A stretch of 64,000 bases of DNA, taken from an uncultured Kiloniellaceae bacterium. Its GTDB lineage: Bacteria > Pseudomonadota > Alphaproteobacteria > Kiloniellales > Kiloniellaceae. The notes beneath the pieces were generated by a model. The model saw only the letters and a list, made by a program, of their open reading frames with translations. It did no database searches and was not told the origin of the DNA. Numbering within the stretch: position 1 is the first letter of the stretch; the number at the start of each line of letters is the position of its first letter. The position numbers and the translations under genes are program-made. The stretch is from the NCBI GenBank assembly GCA_947500035.1, contig CANMQP010000004.1, positions 158,071 to 222,070 on the forward strand, read 5' to 3'. Shown piece after piece: positions 1 through 10,452 of this stretch.

Positions 1-475
1 CGACGACCAGCGGTAGGTTCGCTCCGCGCCTCAAAATAGATATTCTGTGCCAGACAGAAGAGTTCGTCCTCAACCTTGGCCAGGGTCGGCGCCCGCGACG
101 CCTTTACGCTCGCCAGGTTTACACCGCGTCCGACCGCTGTGACCTTCGGCAGCACGGGCTCCGCGGCACCGGGCTTCTTGAAGCTCTCAACCGTCGTGGA
201 GACATCGGCCGTCCCGGCAAAGGCTCCCGACGCAGCGTTACCGCTGGTCAGATGAAGAAGCTGCCCGGAGTCGACGGGTTGGGCGATAGGGGTCGCAGCG
301 GATGCGTCGACAGACGTCTTAGAAGCCTCGAAGGCCATGACAGCTGGCGCACGGTCGGAAGCGGCCGCGCCCATGAACACAGCCCCCGCCAGAAAGCTGG
401 CGGAGATCGCTACCCATGGGGTCCGCTGGATCCGGCCCAGCATTTCTGTCTTCTTCGCAAGAACGTTAATCATCG
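1..475 (-). CDS. Cell-wall hydrolase, SleB/CwlJ-like (partial; the C-terminus runs off the window start)
   Basis: Minus-strand ORF opening at ATG (475-473), MINVLAKK..., with a signal-like segment. The in-window C-terminal part reads EDELFCLAQNIYFEARSEP, which resembles the SleB-domain motif. It is not in the ORF track because it has no stop inside the window. Confidence 0.45.
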
Positions 476-1288
476 GTCTTCACCACAGTGTTATTTCCGT
501 GACAAGGCCACCGCTAGGACCTCTGCACCGTTACCAATTTCGTTAAGAAACTGACCCCAACCCGATGCGTGAGAAATCCTTTACAAGAGATTAACATGCA
601 ATGTCAAAAAGAATTATCGCGAATTAATATCGAATGCGGTACAAATTTTTTTGGAAAAATCAAATATAATTACTTATTTACTTTTGTTATTTATCGAATT
701 GCATTTACATAAATAAGTTATTTCGCGTTAACGTATTTGCTCGCCATAAAATTGCCTTAATTAAGACAAGGCCAAATAGTATATATACTACTTGAAATCT
801 CAGTGTCGGAATTTTATACATGTTGACATATGAGGCATCTGAGGTGACCACAAACCTCAATGAATCAATGTCCTTACACTATGGTTCCTGAGGTGATTTA
901 AGAGGCACGCTGCGCGCAAGTTACGGCGGCGAGTCACCCCGTTCAATTTGCCGACGGCAAGCATTCGTTTGCCATGCGGAAAACGCAATCCTGCTAGTCG
1001 GAAAGGGATAAAATTTTTGTGCTTAAGCAATTAAGGATTTTTATTAACCATACCGGGCAAAACTTAAGGTTAACAGCTACCCATCCCGCACGCGATTCCC
1101 GCTCACTTTTGTTAACCATGATCGCTGAATTTCTGGGTCCGGGCGCCCGGCGCACCTCGCGCCGCCGGCCAGACCCACCGCCAGACCGAAATGAGGAAAT
1201 TTCAGGCCTTTGGCCCCAGACGCACACCGCGTCCGGAACCCGGCTTTGGCACGGGCGTCCTGCTGTGGTTGATGCCTTCACTGTCGAC

Positions 1289-1326
1289 AGAAAAAAAAAC
1301 GAGAGGCCTGAAGCCTCTCGTTTCTT
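1289..1326. terminator. Bidirectional rho-independent terminator downstream of gcdH
   Basis: A9 run, then an 8-bp GC-rich stem (cgagaggc / gcctctcg, 1300-1320) with a 5-nt loop, then tttctt. On the minus strand the hairpin is followed by a T9 run, 45 bp after the gcdH stop. Confidence 0.6.
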
Positions 1327-1369
1327 GATGCACAGCCTTAAAAAGCTGGCAAAAATAGCACAACTTTTA

Positions 1370-2554
1370 TTAGAAAAATGCCTGAATTCCGGTTTGCGCG
1401 CGCCCAAGGATCAGCGCGTGCACGTCGTGGGTACCTTCATAGGTGTTGACGGCTTCCAGATTCATGACGTGGCGGATCACGTGATACTCGTCAGACACAC
1501 CGTTGCCACCGTGCATGTCACGCGCGACTCGGGCGATATCCAGGGCTTTACCGCAGGAATTGCGTTTGGCCAGGGAGATGGCCTCTGGCGCCGCCCGGCC
1601 CTCGTCGAACAGGCGGCCGATGCGCAGGCAGGTCTGCAAGCCCAGGGTGATTTCGGTCTGCATATCGGCCAGCTTCTTCTGGATCAGCTGGTTCGCCGCC
1701 AGGGGCCGGCCGAACTGCGTGCGCTCCATGGTATAGCTGCGCGCCGCGTGCCAGCAGAATTCCGCAGCACCCAGCGCGCCCCAGGAAATACCGTAGCGGG
1801 CACGGTTCAGGCAGCCGAAGGGACCTTTCAGGCCCTGGACGTTGGGAAGCAGATTCTCGTCCGGCACAAAAACGTCATCCATCACGATTTCACCGGTAAC
1901 CGAGGCCCGCAGCGAGAACTTACCCTCGATCTTGGGCGCGGACAGGCCGTCCATCCCCTTCTCAAGGACAAATCCGCGGATTGCGTTGTCCGGATCGGAC
2001 TTGGCCCAGACCACGAAGATATCGGCGATCGGAGAATTGGTGATCCACATCTTCGCGCCTTTGAGGATGTAGCCGCCGTCGACCTTGCGCGCCATAGTCT
2101 TCATGCCGCCGGGATCGGAGCCGTGATCCGGCTCGGTCAGCCCGAAGCAGCCCACCATCTCGCCGCTGGCGAGCTTCGGCAGGTACTTCATGCGCTGCTC
2201 TTCATTGCCGTAAGCGTAGATCGGATGCATCACCAGCGAAGACTGCACGGACATGGCCGAGCGATAGCCGCTGTCGACCCGCTCGACTTCGCGCGCCACC
2301 AGGCCGTAGCTGACGTAATTGGCGCCGGCGCAGCCGTATTTCTCGGGAATTGTCGAGCCAAGCAGGCCCAGTTCCCCAAGTTCGTTCATGATTTCGCGGT
2401 GAAAGAGCTCATGCCGGTTCGCCTCCAGCACCCGCGGCATCAGCTTGTCCTGGCAGTACGAGTGGGCGGCATCACGGATCATCCGCTCTTCATCACTGAG
2501 CTGGTCGTCCAGCAAAAGAGGATCGTCCCACTTGAAGTCCGGCTTCGATGACAT
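1370..2554 (-). CDS. gcdH: Glutaryl-CoA dehydrogenase (acyl-CoA dehydrogenase family)
   Basis: 395 aa starting at [23 protein letters not shown] motifs are present ([37 protein letters not shown]). The upstream in-frame extension in the ORF track has no conservation. Confidence 0.88.
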   Translation of the reverse strand: MSSKPDFKWDDPLLLDDQLSDEERMIRDAAHSYCQDKLMPRVLEANRHELFHREIMNELGELGLLGSTIPEKYGCAGANYVSYGLVAREVERVDSGYRSAMSVQSSLVMHPIYAYGNEEQRMKYLPKLASGEMVGCFGLTEPDHGSDPGGMKTMARKVDGGYILKGAKMWITNSPIADIFVVWAKSDPDNAIRGFVLEKGMDGLSAPKIEGKFSLRASVTGEIVMDDVFVPDENLLPNVQGLKGPFGCLNRARYGISWGALGAAEFCWHAARSYTMERTQFGRPLAANQLIQKKLADMQTEITLGLQTCLRIGRLFDEGRAAPEAISLAKRNSCGKALDIARVARDMHGGNGVSDEYHVIRHVMNLEAVNTYEGTHDVHALILGRAQTGIQAFF

Positions 2555-2730
2555 GGCAATCTCCATTAATTCCGCTATGCGAAATATTTTTCCGCAAATC
2601 TTGACGTTATGTGTAAAGCGTGAGACCGTTAGGTTCAATGTTTTTGTGAGAGTCGCAGGCTCAGGATGCGCGAGTAGAGATGCTTTTGCCGGGAAGGCGA
2701 TGCTCTCTATCGATGAGACTGCAATCAGGA

Positions 2731-3597
2731 ATGGACGAAAGCGTGCGAAAGAGACGCGACGGAAATCCAAAGCTCGACGGAGCGCTGAAGGACCAGCTTC
2801 AGGCCGATGGCGTCATCAAAGGCGTGGCCGGTGACCGGCAGTTTGTGACCGCGTTGGCGCGCGGCCTCGAAATTCTGCGCGCTTTCGAACCCGGCGACGG
2901 CCCGCTCGGCAATCAGGAGTTGGCCGAACGCACCGGGCTGCCCAAGGCCACGATCTCGCGCCTGACTTACACCCTCAGCGCCCTCGGCTACATCAGCTAT
3001 TTGGAACGGCTGGGCAAGTACCAGCTCGGCACGCCTGTGCTGGCGCTCGGTTACGCGAGCCTGGCGGGTATGGAGATCCGTCAGACCGCGCGGGCGGCCA
3101 TGCAGGAACTGGCGGACAAGGAGAGCGTTTCGGTCGCTCTGGGCGGACGCGACCGCATGAGCATGCGCTACCTGCAGACCTGTCACCCGGAGAGCCTGGC
3201 CACCCTGCGCCTGGAGATCGGCGCCCGGGTGCCGATCGAAAGCACATCGATCGGCCTGGCGTTTCTCTGCGCCCTGCCCGAAGGCGAGCGGGGTTATCTG
3301 CTCGAGCGGATAGAGGAACGCAGCGGCGGGGAGTGGCCCGAGATCAGAGACGGCATTGCCCAGGCGGAAGAGGACATCGCGCAAAAAGGCTTCTGCACCT
3401 CCTTCGGCAAATGGCGCTCGGACGTGCATGCCGTCGGCGTGCCGCTCGTTCAGCGCGACGGCGCGCCTGTCATGGCCTTTAACTGCGGTGGTCCCGCCTT
3501 CATGCTCGACCAGGACCGCATGGAGCAGGAAGTCGGCCCCAGGCTGGTCGATCTGGTCCGCAGAGTCGCCACGAACCGCGGCGACATCAGCTTCTGA
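2731..3597 (+). CDS. IclR-family transcriptional regulator
   Basis: N-terminal IclR HTH ([33 protein letters not shown]) and a C-terminal IclR effector domain. It is divergent from gcdH, and the ATG at 2731 is preceded by agga. Confidence 0.82.
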   Translation: MDESVRKRRDGNPKLDGALKDQLQADGVIKGVAGDRQFVTALARGLEILRAFEPGDGPLGNQELAERTGLPKATISRLTYTLSALGYISYLERLGKYQLGTPVLALGYASLAGMEIRQTARAAMQELADKESVSVALGGRDRMSMRYLQTCHPESLATLRLEIGARVPIESTSIGLAFLCALPEGERGYLLERIEERSGGEWPEIRDGIAQAEEDIAQKGFCTSFGKWRSDVHAVGVPLVQRDGAPVMAFNCGGPAFMLDQDRMEQEVGPRLVDLVRRVATNRGDISF

Positions 3598-3639
3598 CAG
3601 CGCCGGGCCTCCTCCCGGCCAGCCTCGCCTTTGTACCTC

Positions 3640-4287
3640 TTAAACCCGCTTGCGCCGGCGGCCATAGGCGAAGGCCGCGAGACCGGAGAGCAGCAGCAGC
3701 GCACTGCCCGGTTCGGGAACCGGCACGGCGACGGGCGTGGAACTGCGGAACAGGAAACTGCCCACGGTCAGCTCCGCCTGATCGAGTGGAAGACCGTTAT
3801 CGTCTACGGTCGCGCGTGACGCGGCGGCGTCGCCGAAGGGAAGCAATGGCTCCAGACTCCCCAGCCCTGCATTCAAAGATGGAATATCGAGCAGGTAATG
3901 ACCGAAGGAAACGAAGAAGAAGGGCTCGGTGATGCCCAACAGGTTGGCCAGGTCCCAAACCGCGACTTCACCCGGCCCTTGAAAGCCCGGTGTGATGCCT
4001 GCCGAAGTGAAGAAAAGAGTCTCAACATCGCTACGCGTTGCGTAACTGAAACCCTCGTAGAGTCCGCCCGCGCCGAGTTCCGCCTGAACCTGATTGACCG
4101 ACAACCCGGTGCTCTCGGTCAGGTCCAGCCACTCCAGACCAGTGTCCGTGTCATAGGTAATGGTGTCGGTGCCAAAGCTGGAGTCCTGTGAAATGAAAGC
4201 GGCCTGCGCGCTTGAGATATTGAGACTAAAAACCAACGCCGCTGCAGTCGCGGAAAAACCCGCCAGGACTTTTTTTGTATCAAACAT
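3640..4287 (-). CDS. PEP-CTERM sorting-domain protein (secreted, exosortase substrate)
   Basis: Signal peptide, and a C-terminus VPVPEPGSALLLLSGLAAFAYGRRRKRV (PEP motif, TM helix, basic tail). Confidence 0.8.
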   Translation of the reverse strand: MFDTKKVLAGFSATAAALVFSLNISSAQAAFISQDSSFGTDTITYDTDTGLEWLDLTESTGLSVNQVQAELGAGGLYEGFSYATRSDVETLFFTSAGITPGFQGPGEVAVWDLANLLGITEPFFFVSFGHYLLDIPSLNAGLGSLEPLLPFGDAAASRATVDDNGLPLDQAELTVGSFLFRSSTPVAVPVPEPGSALLLLSGLAAFAYGRRRKRV

Positions 4288-4317
4288 GAAAGTCGCCTTT
4301 GTTGAAATGAAACCGCT

Positions 4318-4995
4318 TTAAATACTTCTCGCACGCAAATTCCGAGACCGAACTCTTCTCGAGGCCCGCCTCGCTACAGCAAACCCGGCCAGGCCCAGCC
4401 CGAACAGCATCAGACTGCCGGGTTCAGGGACCTCGGCATGCGTAGCAACGATGTCGAAATCCTGGAACAATGTGAGTTCGTTGGGGAAAAAGATGCTGCC
4501 CGCGACGGAGAACAAGCCCCACTCAAAGGTAATGGAGTCGTGCGTGAAACTGATCACCTCAAAGTAGCTCGTCGTGCCGCCGACATGAAGCACGTCCACG
4601 ATCTCACCGGGCCCGTCAAGCCATGCGATGTCGCTCAGTGTCACCGCTACGGTGGGGTAGACATGAGTATGTGAGTCATTCAGGTTGATCGATTGCGCCG
4701 TGAGCCGCAGGCTGTCGTTGTCCAGGGCCTCCACCGACATGTTGAAGGCATCCTGATCGATGGTACCGCTATTGTTATTGAATTCCGTCTCCATAAAACC
4801 GCTGAAAAAGGACGTGGTCCCGCAAGCATCGAAGCCCGGAGCCTCGAAGGTCGGCGTAACCGTCTGATTCTCACGCGGAAACTCAGTCCAATCGGTCGAA
4901 ATGGATACGCCGCAGAGACCGGCCTCGACTGTACCGGCCGAGGTCAGCAAAAGGGCACCCGCCGCAACCGCTATCGACTTAAAGCCTTCAAACAT
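4318..4995 (-). CDS. PEP-CTERM sorting-domain protein
   Basis: Signal peptide, and a C-terminal VPEPGSLMLFGLGLAGFAVARRASRR motif. Confidence 0.78.
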   Translation of the reverse strand: MFEGFKSIAVAAGALLLTSAGTVEAGLCGVSISTDWTEFPRENQTVTPTFEAPGFDACGTTSFFSGFMETEFNNNSGTIDQDAFNMSVEALDNDSLRLTAQSINLNDSHTHVYPTVAVTLSDIAWLDGPGEIVDVLHVGGTTSYFEVISFTHDSITFEWGLFSVAGSIFFPNELTLFQDFDIVATHAEVPEPGSLMLFGLGLAGFAVARRASRRVRSRNLRARSI

Positions 4996-5067
4996 CGCGC
5001 TGCTCCTTGTACCCGAAGCTCCCGGGCTGACTCAATCGCGCCGGAACTTGAAGGTTTGCTGATGGCG

Positions 5068-5772
5068 TTACCGGAAGTTTCCGGCGCGTTTGCGGCGTGC
5101 CGCAGCGAAGCCCAGCAGACCCGCACCAAAAAGAGCAAGCGTGCCCGGCTCCGGTACGACGGTCGGACTGGCAATGCCGAAAACCACATTGTCGATCACA
5201 TCATCGGCCAGGTTTTCATTGATGCTGAACTCGAGGAGCAGGTTGCTGTCGTCGATCACACCGAAGAAACTGCCCAGCGGTCCTGCGCTGACAAAGGCTT
5301 CAGCGACGAACTCATCAAAGACATCGCGCATCGAGATCCTGAACATCTCTTCACCCTCCCCGAGATTAAAGAGATCGAAGCCAAAGGCGTTGACGTCGGT
5401 CTGAAAGCTGACAAGCAGGTTGTTCTCTAGGCTCGCAGGGCCGATAGCCGCCCCGGTCGAGGCCGGCGAAAAGCCACCGGCTACCGCGACCAGATCTCCG
5501 GTACCACCTGAAAACCGGATGCCTTCCGCAATATCGCCCGGACTGAACACTGAATCATCGCTGTCGCTGTCCCAACTTGACTCAGGCATGCTGGTCGCGG
5601 GGTTGGTGTTGGCGGCCTCGAAGTCCTCGAAACCCGCCAGCGCACCGGCCGCTGCCATGAAAGCTTCACGGTCGTCGAAAAAAATCGGCGCTGCGGATAG
5701 TTCTACAGTCGAAAGAAACGGCAGAGCTGCGATGCAGGCCACACCCGTAAGTCGTGTCGTTCTCGCCCACAT
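5068..5772 (-). CDS. PEP-CTERM sorting-domain protein
   Basis: Start taken at MWARTTRLTGVACIAALPFL (signal peptide). C-terminus VVPEPGTLALFGAGLLGFAAARRKRA. Third member of a tandem array. Confidence 0.72.
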   Translation of the reverse strand: MWARTTRLTGVACIAALPFLSTVELSAAPIFFDDREAFMAAAGALAGFEDFEAANTNPATSMPESSWDSDSDDSVFSPGDIAEGIRFSGGTGDLVAVAGGFSPASTGAAIGPASLENNLLVSFQTDVNAFGFDLFNLGEGEEMFRISMRDVFDEFVAEAFVSAGPLGSFFGVIDDSNLLLEFSINENLADDVIDNVVFGIASPTVVPEPGTLALFGAGLLGFAAARRKRAGNFR

Positions 5773-6431
5773 GATTGAGATCCTCTCAAATCGCTTAAAA
5801 ACAAAAAAACATTTGAATGTAAAATCAGCCTGCACGACCCGCAGTCGGAACCGGTCTGCGAAAGACTTTGTTCGCTTACAAGCATCAGGCTGCGATGTAC
5901 CTAACAACTGGCGTAGCCGCAGGGAACCCGTATGCCCGCACAAGGCATATGTAGTTTTCCCCGTACAATGGATGGCGCCGCAGAGATCAGGGGCTAACTG
6001 GGACTAGAGGAATGTTTGCACAGCCCGCTGAAGCAAGGCAGCGAGAAGTTCGCACAGGGCTTGCGAGAAAATCTCGGTGGTCTGGAAAGCCGGGAAGGAA
6101 ACGACCCGAGGAGGACAGATAGGAATAGCTCTCGGGCAGACACGGTCGTTGGCTGGTCAAGCCTGTGCCTGCCGGACACGCCATGTTCAAAGGGCCGATG
6201 GAGTCATGAGGTCGTGACGGCTTGCCGGCGTCAGTCCTGGCAGCCCTACCGCCGATGCAGCGGAAAAAAAGGCCTTACACCCTGTATAAGAGCAAGACTA
6301 ACGAGCGCCGCCAGACCCGCCGGAAACTTCGCTCATGTCATAGGGCCCGCTCGTGTCACAAGGAACAGGTAGTCAGACTCCGTCTTTGATGAAAGGCCAT
6401 GAACTTTCCGGGGCGCAGTTCCCGCCCGGCC

Positions 6432-6809
6432 TCAGCCTTCCATCTCCAGCTCGCTGTCCAGCTCGTTCTGAAGACGCGAGACATCGGAAGAGACCTCTTC
6501 CAAAAGAGAGGAAACCGCGACCTGCATCGCCATGGCCCGCTCCAGCTTCTGCGATATCCCCATGGTCTCCTGGAAATCGAAGCCACGCTTCATTTCCTTC
6601 GGCGCATCGCCGGTCAAGAGCCAGGTCGAGGGAATGTTCAGGACGCCGGCCATCATCACCAGCTTGTTTGCGCGCGGCTCGCTGCGGTCCTCTTCCCAGT
6701 TCTCGAGGGTCCTGGTGGTCACGGCCAGACGGGTCGCCAGTTGCCGCTGGCTGAGTCCGGCTTCACTGCGGGCCTGTCGGATGCGACCGCCGATGGTATC
6801 TGAAATCAT
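6432..6809 (-). CDS. XRE-family (Cro/C1-type HTH) transcriptional regulator
   Basis: IRQARSEAGLSQRQLATRLAVTTRTLENWE is a typical HTH_XRE. It has an acidic C-terminal tail. Confidence 0.8.
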   Translation of the reverse strand: MISDTIGGRIRQARSEAGLSQRQLATRLAVTTRTLENWEEDRSEPRANKLVMMAGVLNIPSTWLLTGDAPKEMKRGFDFQETMGISQKLERAMAMQVAVSSLLEEVSSDVSRLQNELDSELEMEG

Positions 6810-6969
6810 AATCTGGAACGTTCCTACTTACATGATCGTTTACAGTTTTTTTTTCACGCCGGCGCTGGATGCCATCTCCACAGTTTCCCAGCAGCAAAGC
6901 GGCAGTTTTAGCGCTTTTGCGGCTGAATTCTGTGGAGCTTGCGACAGCTTGGTCTTTTCTGCGACGTTT

Positions 6970-7026
6970 AGGTTGAGAATTCAGAAGCGACGATGGCCGT
7001 GATCGTAGTTTCTGAATTCTCAACCT
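6970..7026. promoter_or_regulatory. Perfect 17-bp inverted repeat (aggttgagaattcagaa - 23-nt spacer - ttctgaattctcaacct) in the XRE / P450 divergent intergenic region
   Basis: Read directly from the sequence. Its position between the divergent genes suggests an operator or attenuator. Confidence 0.5.
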
Positions 7027-7218
7027 GAAATGACAAACCCAGGACCGTTTTGTGACGTCACAGGGTCACGAAGTGGCGCAGAAGCCGGCGACGGGGCCGT
7101 CGCCGGGCGGAACCCTGGGCAACGACTGGAAGCTCCATCATAAGGTTTTTCGCAGTTGCAGCAACCTGCAGATGGTAAAGCGATTATGAACAGAAGATTA
7201 TGAAGGCATGATTAAGCT

Positions 7219-8433
7219 ATGACCGCAAACAGCCGTGGATTCGAGTTGGCCAACCTGAGCACTGAGTTTTACCAGTCTCCTTACGGCGTCTACCGTGAGG
7301 TTCGCGACAGTGCACCACTCTGTCAGCAATCGGACGGCAGCTTCTTCATTAGCCGCTACGAGGACGCCGCTTCGATCCTGAAGGATCATCAAAGCTATAG
7401 CTCGGACAAAAAGATCGACTTCAAACCAAAGTTCGGCGACGGCCCTTTATATGAACACCACACCACGTCCCTGGTCTTCAACGACCCGCCCTATCACACC
7501 CGGGTCAGGCGTCTTCTGGCGCCTTTCTTCACACCGCGCACCCTCAAGGCTCTGGAAGCCAACGTCGCCGCCATGATCGACGAACTGCTGGACCAGGCAG
7601 AGTCCGCCGGGACTGTCGATCTGGTCAACGACTTCGCCAACGCCATCCCGCTCAATCTGATCGGCGATATGCTGGGCATCCCCAAGGACGAACGCGAACC
7701 CCTGCGCAATTGGGCGAACGTGATCCTGGGCGGATTGGAACCGAGCCTGACTCCGGAACAGCTCGCAACGGGCAATGCCTCTGTGGACGCCTTCAAGGAT
7801 TACCTGCGTGACCTGATCGCCTGGAAGCGCGCAAGATTAAGTGAGCGCGCGGAGACCGACATCCTCTCCGCGCTGTTGGCGGATCACGACAGCCCGGACG
7901 GCCTGACCGAACTTGAACTGATGCACAACTGCATCTTCCTGTTGAACGCCGGCCATGACACCACCACAACGCTGATCTCCAATGGCATGGACCTGCTGCT
8001 GCGCTTTCCGGATCAAATGATACTGCTGCGGAACGACCCGGCGCTCATGAAGACCGCGGTCGAGGAAATGCTGCGCTACGAGAGCCCCCTTCAGATCGGC
8101 AACCGGCGCGCGACAGTCGAGGTTACCCTGCACGACCAGCTTCTGCCTGCGGGCACCTTCCTGCACGTCGGCATTGCCGCTGCCAATCACGACGAACGGC
8201 AATTCCCGGAACCTGAGGCCTTCGACATCACCCGGACTCCGAACCGCCACCTGGCGTTCGGAAACGGCATCCACATCTGTGCCGGCAATTCCCTGGCCCG
8301 CATGGAAGCCAGTCTCGCTTTTTCCAAACTGCTCGCGCGCTTTGCCAGGATCGAGCGAGCCGGGCTGACCCTGCGGCCGGACCGGGCCCGCTTCCGGGTG
8401 ATTTCGAAACTCCCGCTCAGCCTTGCGGCTTAA
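7219..8433 (+). CDS. Cytochrome P450
   Basis: Heme-binding loop FGNGIHICAGNSLAR (FxxGxHxCxG), the I-helix AGHDTTT, and the EMLRYESP EXXR motif. Confidence 0.9.
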   Translation: MTANSRGFELANLSTEFYQSPYGVYREVRDSAPLCQQSDGSFFISRYEDAASILKDHQSYSSDKKIDFKPKFGDGPLYEHHTTSLVFNDPPYHTRVRRLLAPFFTPRTLKALEANVAAMIDELLDQAESAGTVDLVNDFANAIPLNLIGDMLGIPKDEREPLRNWANVILGGLEPSLTPEQLATGNASVDAFKDYLRDLIAWKRARLSERAETDILSALLADHDSPDGLTELELMHNCIFLLNAGHDTTTTLISNGMDLLLRFPDQMILLRNDPALMKTAVEEMLRYESPLQIGNRRATVEVTLHDQLLPAGTFLHVGIAAANHDERQFPEPEAFDITRTPNRHLAFGNGIHICAGNSLARMEASLAFSKLLARFARIERAGLTLRPDRARFRVISKLPLSLAA

Positions 8434-8611
8434 GGTTGATGCTATGGGACTGCGTCCAACGAACGGGAGGCCCAATCAACTTTTCCGGCCTTACGGCGTG
8501 GCTCCGACGTACCCGACATGATACAAATCCGGTGGAATCTGATCGTGAGGCAGAGCTGTCCGCAGGTGCGCCGGCGTGCTGCCTTTACCGGAAGAGCGAG
8601 ACGCGGCGGTT

Positions 8612-9628
8612 ATGGCATCGAAGAAATCGAGATCTAAGAGCGGGCCGGCAGAGTCATCGGACGACAGTGCTGTGACCACTGGAGATCTCAGCTTGATCGC
8701 GGATATAGGCGGTACAAACGCCCGCTTCGCCATCATGACCGCAGACGGCAAAATCGTGAAAGCCCGCACGCTCGCCTGTGCCGACTACCGCGATCCGGCC
8801 CACGCCGCGCAATCCTATTTGGAAGGCGCAGGACTTCCGCAACCGCGCGACGCCTGTTTTGCCTTCGCCTGCCCCACCCACGAAGACCGTATCCGCATGA
8901 CCAACAACGGTTGGGATTTCTCGCGGGCACGCACCAAGGAGCAGCTTGGACTGCGGCGTCTCGAAATCATCAACGACTTCATGGCGCTCGCGCTCTCCCT
9001 GCCGCACCTCCCCGCCAGCAGCCTGCGGCAGGTCGGCGGCGTCCGGCAGGTCGGCAAATTGCCGGTCGGCGTGGTTGGGCCGGGAACAGGTCTCGGGGTT
9101 TCAGGGCTCATCCCCCACAAGGGAGGTTGGATTCCGCTGGACTCGGAGGGTGGCCATGCGTCACTCGCCGTTGCCGGCAGCCGCGAGACCAGCATCCTGC
9201 TGCATCTGGAGCACCACTACGGCCGCGTATCGGCGGAGCGGGTTCTTTCAGGTCCGGGGCTGCAAGCCCTCTATCAGTCGATCAGCCTGCTGGACGCCAA
9301 GGCGCCGCAGGAACTCGCACCGGCCGAGATCGTGGCACGCGCCACTTCAGACGATGACGGGGCCTGCCGGGAAGCTCTGGGAATATTCTGCGCGCTCCTC
9401 GGCAGTTTTGCCGGTGACTTCGCGCTTACCCTGGGCGCCAGAGGCGGCATATACATCGGCGGAGGGATCATCCCGCAGCTCGGCGAGGTCTTCACCCGCA
9501 GCGACTTTCGCAAGCGCTTTGAAGATAAAGGCCGTCTCTCGAGTTACGTCGCCGCGATTCCCTGTTACGTCATCACGGCGGACTATCCTGCGCTCACCGG
9601 CGCGGCCGCTTATCTCCAACACTCCTGA
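8612..9628 (+). CDS. glk: Glucokinase
   Basis: LIADIGGTNARFA is the N-terminal glucokinase signature. Start chosen at MASKKS; the ORF track begins at a GTG 12 codons upstream. Confidence 0.82.
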   Translation: MASKKSRSKSGPAESSDDSAVTTGDLSLIADIGGTNARFAIMTADGKIVKARTLACADYRDPAHAAQSYLEGAGLPQPRDACFAFACPTHEDRIRMTNNGWDFSRARTKEQLGLRRLEIINDFMALALSLPHLPASSLRQVGGVRQVGKLPVGVVGPGTGLGVSGLIPHKGGWIPLDSEGGHASLAVAGSRETSILLHLEHHYGRVSAERVLSGPGLQALYQSISLLDAKAPQELAPAEIVARATSDDDGACREALGIFCALLGSFAGDFALTLGARGGIYIGGGIIPQLGEVFTRSDFRKRFEDKGRLSSYVAAIPCYVITADYPALTGAAAYLQHS

Positions 9629-9645
9629 AAGTCTTGCGCGTCCCT

Positions 9646-10284
9646 CTATTCGGCATCCGGCTGCAAGGCGGGAACCGTTGCGGCGATGGCTTCCTGCGCC
9701 AGACAAGCCGCGTTGACAGCCCGAACCTTCGGAAAGGCCGAGAGATCTACGTTAAAGCGCTCGGCATTAAAGACCTGAGGAACGAGACAGGCGTCCGCAA
9801 GTGTTGGTTCAGCGCCGAAACAGTAAGGACCGTCATTCCCTTCCAACAGTTTTTCGACTGGCCGGAAGCCCTCCTGGATCCAGTGCGCGTACCAGGCAAG
9901 TTTTGCTTCCTCGTCGCACCCCAGTTCGCGCACCAGATATCTCAAAACCCGCAGGTTGTTGAGCGGATGGATCTCGCAGGCAATGGTTTGGCAGAAAGCA
10001 CGGATCCTGGCACGGCATTTGGCGTCGCCGGGCAAGAGGCAAGGCGTGGGATGGGTTTCCTCCAGGTACTCCATGATCGCCAGCGACTGCGCGAACACCG
10101 CCCCGTCTTCTTCCAAGGCCGGTACCAGACCCTGCGGATTGGTTTTCGCGTATTCGGCTCCCAGGTGTTCACCGCCGCCGCGCAACAGGTGAACCGGGAC
10201 GAGGTCGAAGTCCAGCCCCTTGAGGGCAAGCACGATCCGGACTCGCCAGCCTGCCGAGCTGCGGAAATAACTGTAGAGTTTCAT
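9646..10284 (-). CDS. maiA: Maleylacetoacetate / maleylpyruvate isomerase (zeta-class GST)
   Basis: MKLYSYFRSSAGWRVRIVLALKG..., a GST N-terminal thioredoxin fold plus a C-terminal domain. About 212 aa. Confidence 0.82.
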   Translation of the reverse strand: MKLYSYFRSSAGWRVRIVLALKGLDFDLVPVHLLRGGGEHLGAEYAKTNPQGLVPALEEDGAVFAQSLAIMEYLEETHPTPCLLPGDAKCRARIRAFCQTIACEIHPLNNLRVLRYLVRELGCDEEAKLAWYAHWIQEGFRPVEKLLEGNDGPYCFGAEPTLADACLVPQVFNAERFNVDLSAFPKVRAVNAACLAQEAIAATVPALQPDAE

Positions 10285-10452
10285 GCGGCACCTGCTTTCT
10301 TGGACGTGGACCGGGCGTGGACAAAGACCGAGCTTGGACATGGATCGGTTTTCGCGCGTCACAGAGCCATGATAGTTTCACTTGAAACTATGTAAACCAT
10401 CGTTTGATATCCCGCGGGGGGTATGAACAGAGAAGCCGGCGCCGGCAGATCG

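Noticed and set aside
252-554. Two small plus-strand ORFs at the window start
   Set aside because: They overlap, in antisense, the more plausible minus-strand SleB-like gene, and have no RBS or motif.
1019-2551. 510-aa plus-strand ORF
   Set aside because: It is antisense to the well-conserved gcdH gene. The long open frame is a high-GC artefact with Ala/Arg/Gly-rich, motif-less translation.
8946-9716. 256-aa plus-strand ORF overlapping glk in another frame
   Set aside because: An alternative frame of the glucokinase gene. The translation is Arg/Ser/Pro-rich junk.
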